Part shown: positions 47,401-60,078 of the stretch, piece by piece
Layout of the letters: the number at the start of each line of letters is the position of its first letter
Position numbering within the stretch: position 1 is the stretch's first letter
Origin: Eledone cirrhosa
Lineage: Eukaryota
Length of the DNA stretch: 64,000 nucleotides
Direction of reading: 5' to 3'
Assembly (NCBI GenBank): GCA_964016885.1
Contig: OZ024740.1
Location: 7,006,001 to 7,070,000 of the forward strand
Program-made: the position numbers and the translations under genes
Notes under the pieces: generated by a model
Databases searched by the model: none
Told to the model about the DNA's origin: nothing
Seen by the model: only the letters and a program-made list of their open reading frames with translations

Positions 47401-50400
47401 CAATATCGGACCTGCCAACCTCTGGTATAATACATTAGAAACTATCATCCAATATCGGACCTGCCAACCTCTGGTATACTACATTAGACTTTATCATCCA
47501 ATATCGGACCTGCCAACCTCTGCTATAATACATTAGACACTATCATCCAATATCGGACCTGCCAACCTCTGGTATACTACATTAGACACTATCATCCAAT
47601 ATCGGACCTGCCAACCTCTGGTGTAATACATTAGACACTATCATCCAATATCGGACCTGCCAACCTCTGGTATACTACATTAGACACTATCATCCAATAT
47701 CGGACCTGCCAACCTCTGGTATACTACATTAGACACTATCATCCAATATCGGACCTGCCAACCTCTGGTGTAATACATTAGACACTATCATCCAATATCG
47801 GACCTGCCAACATCTGGTGTACTACATTAGACACTATCATCCAATATCGGACATGCCAACCTCTGGTATACTACATTAGACACTATCATCCAATATCGGA
47901 CCTGCCAACCTCTGGTGTAATACATTAGACACTATCATCCAATATCGGACCTGCCAACATCTGGTGTACTACATTAGACACTATCATCCAATATCGGACC
48001 TGCCAACCTCTGGTATACTACATTAGACACTATCATCCAATATCGGACCTGCCAACCTCTGGTATACTACATTAGACTCTATCATCCAATATCGGACCTG
48101 CCAACCTCTGCTATAATACATTAGACACTATCATCCAATATCGGACCTGCCAACATCTGGTGTACTACATTAGACACTATCATCCAATATCGGACCTGCC
48201 AACCTCTGGTATACTACATTAGACACTATCATCCAATATCGGACCTGCCAACCTCTGGTATACTACATTAGACACTATCATCCAATATCGGACCTGCCAA
48301 CCTCTGGTATAATACATTAGACACTATCATCCAATATCGGACCTGCCAACCTCTGGTGTAATACATTAGACACTATCATCCAATATCGGACCTGCCAACC
48401 TCTGGTGTAATACATTAGACACTATCATCCAATATCGGACCTGCCAACCTCTGGTGTAATACATTAGACACTATCATCCAATATCGGACCTGCCAACCTC
48501 TGGTGTAATACATTAGACACTATCATCCAATATCGGACCTGCCAACCTCTGGTGTAATACATTAGACACTATCATCCAATATCGGACCTGCCAACCTCTG
48601 GTATAATACATTAGACACTATCATCCAATATCGGACCTGCCAACCTCTGGTGTAATACATTAGACGCTATCATCCAATATCGGACCTGCCAACCTCTGGT
48701 ATAATACATTAGACACTATCATCCAATATCGGACCTGCCAACCTCTGGTGTAATACATTAGACACTATCATCCAATATCGGACCTGCCAACCTCTGGTGT
48801 AATACATTAGACACTATCATCCAATATCGGACCTGCCAACCTCTGGTGTAATACATTAGACACTATCATCCAATATCGGACCTGCCAACCTCTGGTGTAA
48901 TACATTAGACACTATCATCCAATATCGGACCTGCCAACCTCTGGTATACTACATTAGACACTATCATCCAATATCGGACCTGCCAACCTCTGGTATACTA
49001 CATTAGACACTATCATCCAATATCGGACCTGCCAACCTCTGTTGTAATACATTAGACACTATCATCCAATATCGGACCTGCCAACCTCTGGTATACTGCA
49101 TTAGACACTATCATCCAATATCGGACCTGCCAACCTCTGGTATACTGCATTAGACACTATCATCCAATATCGGACCTGCCAACCTCTGGTATACTACATT
49201 AGACACTATCATCCAATATCGGACCTGCCAACCTCTGGTATACTACATTAGACACTATCATCCAATATCGGACCTGCCAACCTCTGGTGTAATACATTAG
49301 ACACTATCATCCACTATCGGACCTGCCAACCTCTGGTATACTACATTAGACACTATCATCCAATATCGGACCTGCCAACCTCTGGTATACTACATTAGAC
49401 ACTATCATCCAATATCGGACCTGCCAACCTCTGTTGTAATACATTAGACACTATCATCCACTATCGGACCTGCCAACCTCTGGTATACTACATTAGACAC
49501 TATCATCCAATATCGGACCTGCCAACCTCTGGTATACTATATTAGACACTATCATCCAATATCGGACCTGCCAACCTCTGGTATACTATATTAGACACTA
49601 TCATCCAATATTGGACCTGCCAACCTCTGGTATACTACATTAGACACTATCATCCAATATCGGACCTGCCATCCTCTGGTATACTACATTAGACACTATC
49701 ATCCAATATCGGACCTGCCAACCTCTGGTGTAATACATTAGACACTATCATCCAATATTGGACCTGCCAACCTCTGGTATACTACATTAGACACTATCAT
49801 CCAATATCGGACCTGCCATCCTCTGGTATACTACATTAGACACTATCATCCAATATCGGACCTGCCAACCTCTGGTATACTACATTAGACACTATCATCC
49901 AATATCGGACCTGCCAACCTCTGGTGTAATACATTAGACACTATCATCCAATATCGGACCTGCCAACATCTGGTGTACTACATTAGACACTATCATCCAA
50001 TATCGGACCTGCCAACCTCTGGTATACTACATTAGACACTATCATCCAATATCGGACCTGCCAACCTCTGGTGTAATACATTAGACACTATCATCCAATA
50101 TCGGACCTGCCAACATCTAGTGTACTACATTAGACACTATCATCCAATATCGGACCAGCCAACCTCTGGTATACTACATTAGACACTATCATCCAATATC
50201 GGACCTGCCAACCTCTGGTATACTACATTAGACTCTATCATCCAATATCGGACCTGCCAACCTCTGCTATAATACATTAGACACTATCATCCAATATCGG
50301 ACCTGCCAACATCTGGTGTACTACATTAGACACTATCATCCAATATCGGACCTGCCAACCTCTGGTATACTACATTAGACACTATCATCCAATATCGGAC

Positions 50401-53400
50401 CTGCCAACCTCTGGTGTAATACATTAGACACTATCATCCAATATCGGACCTGCCAACCTCTGGTATAATACATTAGACACTATCATCCAATATCGGACCT
50501 GCCAACCTCTGGTGTAATACATTAGACGCTATCATCCAATATCGGACCTGCCAACCTCTGGTATAATACATTAGACACTATCATCCAATATCGGACCTGC
50601 CAACCTCTGGTATACTACATTAGACACTATCATCCAATATCGGACCTGCCAACCTCTGGTGTAATACATTAGACACTATCATCCAATATCGGACCTGCCA
50701 ACCTCTGGTGTAATACATTAGACACTATCATCCAATATCGGACCTGCCAACCTCTGGTGTAATACATTAGACACTATCATCCAATATCGGACCTGCCAAC
50801 CTCTGGTATACTACATTAGACACTCTCATCCAATATCGGACCTGCCAACCTCTGGTATACTACATTAGACAATATCATCCAATATCGGACCTGCCAACCT
50901 CTGTTGTAATACATTAGACACTATCATCCAATATCGGACCTGCCAACCTCTGGTATACTGCATTAGACACTATCATCCAATATCGGACCTGCCAACCTCT
51001 GGTATACTGCATTAGACACTATCATCCAATATCGGACCTGCCAACCTCTGGTATACTGCATTAGACACTATCATCCAATATCGGACCTGCCAACCTCTGG
51101 TATACTACATTAGACACTATCATCCAATATCGGACCTGCCAACCTCTGGTGTAATACATTAGACACTATCATCCAATATCGGACCTGCCAACCTCTGGTA
51201 TAATACATTAGAAACTATCATCCAATATCGGACCTGCCAACCTCTGGTATACTACATTAGACTTTATCATCCAATATCGGACCTGCCAACCTCTGCTATA
51301 ATACATTAGACACTATCATCCAATATCGGACCTGCCAACCTCTGGTATACTACATTAGACACTATCATCCAATATCGGACCTGCCAACATCTGGTGTAAT
51401 ACATTAGACACTATCATCCAATATCGGACCTGCCAACCTCTGGTATACTACATTAGACACTATCATCCAATATCGGACCTGCCAACCTCTGGTATACTAC
51501 ATTAGACACTATCATCCAATATCGGACCTGCCAACCTCTGGTATAATACATTAGACACTATCATCCAATATCGGACCTGCCAACCTCTGGTGTAATAAAT
51601 TAGACACTATCATCCAATATCGGACCTGCCAACCTCTGGTGTAATACATTAGACACTATCATCCAATATCGGACCTGCCAACCTCTGGTGTAATACATTA
51701 GACACTATCATCCAATATCGGACCTGCCAACCTCTGGTGTAATGCATTAGACACTATCATCCAATATCGGACCTGCCAACCTCTGGTGTAATACATTAGA
51801 CACTATCATCCAATATCGGACCTGCCAACCTCTGGTATAATACATTAGACACTATCATCCAATATCGGACCTGCCAACCTCTGGTGTAATACATTAGACA
51901 CTACCATCCAATATCGGACCTGCCAACATCTGGTGTACTACATTAGACACTATCATCCAATATCGGACCTGCCAACCTCTGGTATACTACATTAGACACT
52001 ATCATCCAATATCGGACCTGCCAACCTCTGGTGTAATACATTAGACACTATCATCCAATATCGGACCTGCCAACATCTAGTGTACTACATTAGACACTAT
52101 CATCCAATATCGGACCAGCCAACCTCTGGTATACTACATTAGACACTATCATCCAATATCGGACCTGCCAACCTCTGGTATACTACATTAGACTCTATCA
52201 TCCAATATCGGACCTGCCAACCTCTGCTATAATACATTAGACACTATCATCCAATATCGGACCTGCCAACATCTGGTGTACTACATTAGACACTATCATC
52301 CAATATCGGACCTGCCAACCTCTGGTATACTACATTAGACACTATCATCCAATATCGGACCTGCCAACCTCTGGTATACTACATTAGACACTATCATCCA
52401 ATATCGGACCTGCCAACCTCTGGTATAATACATTAGACACTATCATCCAATATCGGACCTGCCAACCTCTGGTATAATACATTAGACACTATCATCCAAT
52501 ATCGGACCTGCCAACCTCTGGTGTAATACATTAGACGCTATCATCCAATATCGGACCTGCCAACCTCTGGTATAATACATTAGACACTATCATCCAATAT
52601 CGGACCTGCCAACCTCTGGTGTAATACATTAGACACTATCATCCAATATCGGACCTGCCAACCTCTGGTGTAATACATTAGACACTATCATCCAATATCG
52701 GACCTGCCAACCTCTGGTGTAACACATTAGACACTATCATCCAATATCGGACCTGCCAACCTCTGGTGTAATACATTAGACACTATCATCCAATATCGGA
52801 CCTGCCAACCTCTGGTATACTACATTAGACACTATCATCCAATATCGGACCTGCCAACCTCTGGTATACTACATTAGACAATATCATCCAATATCGGACC
52901 TGCCAACCTCTGTTGTAATACATTAGACACTATCATCCAATATCGGACCTGCCAACCTCTGGTATACTGCATTAGACACTATCATCCAATATCGGACCTG
53001 CCAACCTCTGGTATACTGCATTAGACACTATCATCCAATATCGGACCTGCCAACCTCTGGTATACTACATTAGACACTATCATCCAATATCGGACCTGCC
53101 AACCTCTGGTATAGTACATTAGACACTATCATCCAATATCGGACCTGCCAACCTCTGTTGTAATACATTAGACACTATCATCCACTATCGGACCTGCCAA
53201 CCTCTGGTATACTACATTAGACACTATCATCCAATATCGGACCTGCCAACCTCTGGTGTAATACATTAGACACTATCATCCAATATCGGACCTGCCAACC
53301 TCTGGTGTAATACATTAGACACTATCATCCAATATCGGACCTGCCAACCTCTGGTATACTACATTAGACACTATCATCCAATATCGGACCTGCCAACCTC

Positions 53401-56400
53401 TGGTGTAATACATTAGACACTATCATCAAATATCGGACCTGCCAACTTCTGGTATACTACATTAGACACTATCATCCAATATCGGACCTGCCAACCTCTG
53501 GTATACTACATTAGACACTATCATCCAATATCGGACCTGCCAACCTCTGGTATACTACATTAGACACTATCATCCAATATCGGACCTGCCAACCTCTCGT
53601 GTAATACATTAGACACTATCATCCAATATCGGACCTGCCAACCTCTGGTGTAATACATTAGACACTATCATCCAATATCGGACCTGTCAACCTCTGCTAT
53701 ACTACATTAGACACTATCATCCAATATCGGACCTGTCAACCTCTGGTATACTACATTAGACACTATCATCCAATATCGGACCTGCCAACCTCTGGTATAC
53801 TACATTAGACACTATCATCCAATATCGGACCTGCGAACCTCTGGTATACTACATTAGACACTATCATCCAATATCGTACCTGCCAACCTCTCGTATATTA
53901 CATTAGACACTATCATCCAATATCGGACCTGCCAACATCTGGTGTTCTACATTAGACACTATCATCCAATATCGGACCTGCCAACCTCTGCTATACTACA
54001 TTAGACACTATCATCCAATATCGGACCTGCCAACCTCTGGTGTAATACATTAGACACTATCAACCAATATCGGACCTGCCAACCTCTGGTATACTACATT
54101 AGACACTATCATCCAATATCGGACCTGCCAACATCTGGTGTACTACATTAGACACTATCATCCAATATCGGACCTGCCAACCTCTGCTATACTACATTAG
54201 ACACTATCATCCAATATCGGACCTGCCAACCTCTGCTATACTACATTAGACACTATCATCCAATATCGGACCTGCCAACCTCTGGTATACTACATTAGAC
54301 ACTATCATCCAATATCGGACCTGCCAACATCTGGTGTACTACATTAGACACTATCATCCAATATCGGACCTGCCAACCTCTGCTATACTACATTAGACAC
54401 TATCATCCAATATCGGACCTGCCAACCTCTGGTGTAATACATTAGACACTATCATCCAATATCGGACCTGCCAACCTCTGGTATAATACATTAGAAACTA
54501 TCATCCAATATCGGACCTGCCAACCTCTGGTATACTACATTAGACTTTATCATCCAATATCGGACCTGCCAACCTCTGCTATAATACATTAGACACTATC
54601 ATCCAATATCGGACCTGCCAACCTCTGGTATACTACATTAGACACTATCATCCAATATCGGACCTGCCAACCTCTGGTGTAATACATTAGACACTATCAT
54701 CCAATATCGGACCTGCCAACCTCTGGTATACTACATTAGACACTATCATCCAATATCGGACCTGCCAACCTCTGGTATACTACATTAGACACTATCATCC
54801 AATATCGGACCTGCCAACCTCTGGTGTAATACATTAGACACTATCATCCAATATCGGACCTGCCAACATCTGGTGTACTACATTAGACACTATCATCCAA
54901 TATCGGACCTGCCAACCTCTGGTATACTACATTAGACACTATCATCCAATATCGGACCTGCCAACCTCTGGTGTAATACATTAGACACTATCATCCAATA
55001 TCGGACCTGCCAACATCTGGTGTACTACATTAGACACTATCATCCAATATCGGACCTGCCAACCTCTGGTATACTACATTAGACACTATCATCCAATATT
55101 GGACCTGCCAACCTCTGGTATACTACATTAGACTCTATCATCCAATATCGGACCTGCCAACCTCTGCTATAATACATTAGACACTATCATCCAATATCGG
55201 ACCTGCCAACATCTGGTGTACTACATTAGACACTATCATCCAATATCGGACCTGCCAACCTCTGGTATACTACATTAGACACTATCATCCAATATCGGAC
55301 CTGCCAACCTCTGGTATACTACATTAGACACTATCATCCAATATCGGACCTGCCAACCTCTGGTATAATACATTAGACACTATCATCCAATATCGGACCT
55401 GCCAACCTCTGGTGTAATACATTAGACACTATCATCCAATATCGGACCTGCCAACCTCTGGTGTAATACATTAGACACTATCATCCAATATCGGACCTGC
55501 CAACCTCTGGTGTAATACATTAGACACTATCATCCAATATCGGACCTGCCAACCTCTGGTATAATACATTAGACACTATCATCCAATATCGGACCTGCCA
55601 ACCTCTGGTGTAATACATTAGACGCTATCATCCAATATCGGACCTGCCAACCTCTGGTATAATACATTAGACACTATCATCCAATATCGGACCTGCCAAC
55701 CTCTGGTGTAATACATTAGACACTATCATCCAATATCGGACCTGCCAACCTCTGGTGTAATACATTAGACACTATCATCCAATATCGGACCTGCCAACCT
55801 CTGGTGTAATACATTAGACACTATCATCCAATATCGGACCTGCCAACCTCTGGTGTAATACATTAGACACTATCATCCAATATCGGACCTGCCAACCTCT
55901 GGTATACTACATTAGACACTATCATCCAATATCGGACCTGCCAACCTCTGGTATACTACATTAGACACTATCATCCAATATCGGACCTGCCAACCTCTGT
56001 TGTAATACATTAGACACTATCATCCAATATCGGACATGCCAACCTCTGGTATACTGCATTAGACACTATCATCCAATATCGGACCTGCCAACCTCTGGTA
56101 TACTGCATTAGACACTATCATCCAATATCGGACCTGCCAACCTCTGGTATACTACATTAGACACTATCATCCAATATCGGACCTGCCAACCTCTGGTATA
56201 CTACATTAGACACTATCATCCAATATCGGACCTGCCAACCTCTGGTGTAATACATTAGACACTATCATCCACTATCGGACCTGCCAACCTCTGGTATACT
56301 ACATTAGACACTATCATCCAATATCGGACCTGCCAACCTCTGGTATACTACATTAGACACTATCATCCAATATCGGACCTGCCAACCTCTGTTGTAATAC

Positions 56401-58644
56401 ATTAGACACTATCATCCACTATCGGACCTGCCAACCTCTGGTATACTACATTAGACACTATCATCCAATATCGGACCTGCCAACCTCTGGTATACTATAT
56501 TAGACACTATCATCCAATATCGGACCTGCCAACCTCTGGTATACTATATTAGACACTATCATCCAATATTGGACCTGCCAACCTCTGGTATACTACATTA
56601 GACACTATCATCCAATATCGGACCTGCCATCCTCTGGTATACTACATTAGACACTATCATCCAATATCGGACCTGCCAACCTCTGGTGTAATACATTAGA
56701 CACTATCATCCAATATTGGACCTGCCAACCTCTGGTATACTACATTAGACACTATCATCCAATATCGGACCTGCCATCCTCTGGTATACTACATTAGACA
56801 CTATCATCCAATATCGGACCTGCCAACCTCTGGTATACTACATTAGACACTATCATCCAATATCGGACCTGCCAACCTCTGGTGTAATACATTAGACACT
56901 ATCATCCAATATCGGACCTGCCAACATCTGGTGTACTACATTAGACACTATCATCCAATATCGGACCTGCCAACCTCTGGTATACTACATTAGACACTAT
57001 CATCCAATATCGGACCTGCCAACCTCTGGTGTAATACATTAGACACTATCATCCAATATCGGACCTGCCAACATCTAGTGTACTACATTAGACACTATCA
57101 TCCAATATCGGACCAGCCAACCTCTGGTATACTACATTAGACACTATCATCCAATATCGGACCTGCCAACCTCTGGTATACTACATTAGACTCTATCATC
57201 CAATATCGGACCTGCCAACCTCTGCTATAATACATTAGACACTATCATCCAATATCGGACCTGCCAACATCTGGTGTACTACATTAGACACTATCATCCA
57301 ATATCGGACCTGCCAACCTCTGGTATACTACATTAGACACTATCATCCAATATCGGACCTGCCAACCTCTGGTATACTACATTAGACACTATCATCCAAT
57401 ATCGGACCTGCCAACCTCTGGTATAATACATTAGACACTATCATCCAATATCGGACCTGCCAACCTCTGGTATAATACATTAGACACTATCATCCAATAT
57501 CGGACCTGCCAACCTCTGGTGTAATACATTAGACGCTATCATCCAATATCGGACCTGCCAACCTCTGGTATAATACATTAGACACTATCATCCAATATCG
57601 GACCTGCCAACCTCTGGTGTAATACATTAGACACTATCATCCAATATCGGACCTGCCAACCTCTGGTGTAATACATTAGACACTATCATCCAATATCGGA
57701 CCTGCCAACCTCTGGTGTAATACATTAGACACTATCATCCAATATCGGACCTGCCAACCTCTGGTGTAATACATTAGACACTATCATCCAATATCGGACC
57801 TGCCAACCTCTGGTATACTACATTAGACACTCTCATCCAATATCGGACCTGCCAACCTCTGGTATACTACATTAGACAATATCATCCAATATCGGACCTG
57901 CCAACCTCTGTTGTAATACATTAGACACTATCATCCAATATCGGACCTGCCAACCTCTGGTATACTGCATTAGACACTATCATCCAATATCGGACCTGCC
58001 AACCTCTGGTATACTGCATTAGACACTATCATCCAATATCGGACCTGCCAACCTCTGGTATACTACATTAGACACTATCATCCAATATCGGACCTGCCAA
58101 CCTCTGGTATACTACATTAGACACTATCATCCAATATCGGACCTGCCAACCTCTGTTGTAATACATTAGACACTATCATCCACTATCGGACCTGCCAACC
58201 TCTGGTATACTACATTAGACACTATCATCCAATATCGGACCTGCCAACCTCTGGTATACTACATTAGACACTATCATCCAATATCGGACCTGCCAACCTC
58301 TGTTGTAATACATTAGACACTATCATCCACTATCGGACCTGCCAACCTCTGGTATACTACATTAGACACTATCATCCAATATCGGACCTGCCAACCTCTG
58401 GTATACTATATTAGACACTATCATCCAATATCGGACCTGCCAACCTCTGGTATACTATATTAGACACTATCATCCAATATTGGACCTGCCAACCTCTGGT
58501 ATACTACATTAGACACTATCATCCAATATCGGACCTGCCATCCTCTGGTATACTACATTAGACACTATCATCCAATATCGGACCTGCCAACCTCTGGTGT
58601 AATACATTAGACACTATCATCCAATATCGGACCTGCCAACCTCT
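23500..58644 (+). repeat. Variable-length higher-order repeat domain (7 copies of a landmark block)
   Basis: The landmark GTACCTGCCAACCTCTCGTAT, followed by a monomer with AACATCTGGTGTTCT, occurs at 24574, 28200, 33394, 38294, 42361, 46820 and 53876. Spacings are 74, 106, 100, 83, 91 and 144 monomers. Confidence 0.9.
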
Positions 58645-58871
58645 AAAAACCCAAACGGAGAGAAATGAGGCAAAATGGGGACATTTTACATAATTGTTTC
58701 TACTTTTTGGCACAAGGCCAGCAATTACCCAGTGCATTACTGGTACTTTATTTTATCGACCCCGTAAGGATGAAAGCAAAGTCAACCTCAGCGGGAATGA
58801 AAGCTATACCCATTTTCACCCACTCCAACGTGGGTGATCTTTCCGTCGGACGGGGAGACTTAAAAGGTCTG
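58628..58871. mobile_element. Degenerate non-autonomous DNA transposon (MITE), hAT/Blackjack-like, interrupted by a SINE fragment
   Basis: Left end CGGACCTGCCAACCTCT...AAAATGGGGACATTTT. Right end GGGTGATCTTTCCGTCGGACGGGGAGACTTAAAAGGTCTG, whose reverse complement starts CAGACCTTTTAAGTCTCC. This resembles the recalled CAGACCTGCCAAC...GGGAGA(C/G)TTGGCAGGTCTG termini of hAT-type MITEs. The TIR match is imperfect (about 8/12) and no 8-bp target-site duplication is seen. Confidence 0.45.
58696..58803 (-). mobile_element. 5'-truncated tRNA-derived SINE fragment with Nin/Deu-type core (octopus-like)
   Basis: The minus strand reads ...GAGGTTGACTTTGCTTTCATCCTTACGGGGTCGATAAAATAAAGTACCAGT..., matching the recalled Nin/Deu core CCTTTCATCCTTYCGRGGTCGATAAAATRAGTACCAG. 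It is followed by a TTGCTGGCCTTGTGCCAAA tail as in abundant cephalopod SINEs, and appears to carry an internal deletion. Confidence 0.75.
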
Positions 58872-58904
58872 CAACTTAATTTTATTTTACATTTATTAAT
58901 ATTA

Positions 58905-59273
58905 CTAGCAGTAAAGCCCGGCGTTGCTCGGGGCTCAGTAGCTGTGTTAAAGTTACAATGTTAAGTTCCTTTCTTGGCTTAAAAACTGTAGATTCTACAG
59001 TGTAAACTTTCATGTGGTACTTTTGATTAATATTCCCTCATCCAACAGTATGCCTTATGAAGTTAAGAAAACATAACCATAACCCGAATGATACATTAGA
59101 TTCGATTTCGTCACATAGGGTGGGTCAATTTGAAATATTTTATTTCCGATGTCTTCGCTAGGGCTCAATGTACAAGTATAGCAATTTCGGTGCAATTCCG
59201 TCAGAAATTCTAAGAGGAGATGTGTGCCAAAAATCGATAGATAGACAGACAACCACAGCTTTATATATATAGA
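58905..59273 (-). mobile_element. Complete non-autonomous Helitron (369 bp)
   Basis: The minus strand starts A|TCTATATATATAAAGCTG and ends CCCGAGCAACGCCGGG-CTTTACTG-CTAG|T. This gives a 5' TC, a GC-rich subterminal hairpin (58917-58932), a 3' CTAG, and insertion between A and T with no target-site duplication. A short GATA/GACA microsatellite lies near the 5' end (59236-59251). Confidence 0.88.
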
Positions 59274-59811
59274 TTACAATAATTTTTTTCCATAATTTAA
59301 GAATAAATAATTCCAACTTTACTTATACAAATCAATCAAGTACCGTTCAATTTTATTTTATTGCCGATTATTATCGATTTTTACTAAGTTGTTTCATTTT
59401 GTACTTTCACTTCTGTGATACTTAAAACAAAAGACTACTGCCATCATTTGACTCAATGCAAACCAGACTTTCATTACGCGCGCTCAAAACTTTAACAAGG
59501 TACACAACAATGTTTCGCTAGATATAAAACAAACCATCTTTTGATTAACACAAAATCAACTCTTGCACGGGAAAGAGGAGAGGTTTGACTGAATTTACCT
59601 TAGTCAGTTACTGACATCTCTAAAATAGATTCTGATGTTTTAAAAAATATGGCTAATTCTGGTGGAATTTGAAAGTAGATTAGTGAGTTAATCTACCATG
59701 GAGTACTGTGCCGGTCATTTCCACCAAATGTTTTGAGTAATTTCAATCCAGTTAAAACATACAATATGCTAAGTTACTAATTTATGACTCCCTGTTTTCT
59801 TGTGTTCTACC

Positions 59812-60073
59812 TGAGTTTTTTAGGGTCTCACTTGATAGTTTAAGGTGAATATGGCTAGTTTTGGGTCAATATATATAGATTAGAATCGCTTGGATAGTTT
59901 CGGATTAGACTGGGTAGTTTAGGACAAATATGGGTGGTTTGGGGTCAAGTTGGGTACTTTCGGATAAAGATGAGCAGTTTATGGGAACAGGTAATTTAAG
60001 GTTTGACCAAGTAGTTTAGAGTCAGGTCGGGTAATTTGAAGTTAAAATGGGTAGTTAAAGACTGGGAGTTTAG
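59812..60073 (+). repeat. Degenerate about 20-bp G/T-rich minisatellite (about 12-13 copies)
   Basis: A TGGRTAGTTT-like core recurs at 59832, 59852, 59891, 59911, 59931, 59951 and 59971, and continues as GTARTTT at about 20-bp spacing to about 60070. Confidence 0.75.
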
Positions 60074-60078
60074 AGCCA

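Larger units (their letters stand above)
1..58644 (+). repeat. 49-bp tandem satellite array (about 1197 monomers; continues beyond the left edge)
   Basis: Consensus ACATTAGACACTATCATCCAATATCGGACCTGCCAACCTCTGGT(GTAAT/ATACT), 49 bp, about 43% GC. Monomer starts fall at 1, 981, 2941, 5881 and 14701 (1+49n), then at 17101, 20041 ... 58261 (49n). The array ends at ...GCCAACCTCT|AAAAACCC (58644). Confidence 0.99.

Noticed and set aside
1-58644. CRISPR array or other spacer-storing array
   Set aside because: Monomers are contiguous with no unique spacers. Variation is limited to point substitutions, and no cas-like ORFs are present.
1-58644. Repetitive protein-coding sequence
   Set aside because: The period of 49 is not a multiple of 3, stop codons recur, and the ORF track shows nothing within the array.
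58665-58964. 99-aa ORF (+)
   Set aside because: It runs across MITE, antisense SINE and Helitron-end sequence, and has no recognisable domain.
59055-59252. 65-aa ORF (-)
   Set aside because: It lies within the short non-autonomous Helitron, starts in a microsatellite, and has no Rep/helicase motifs.
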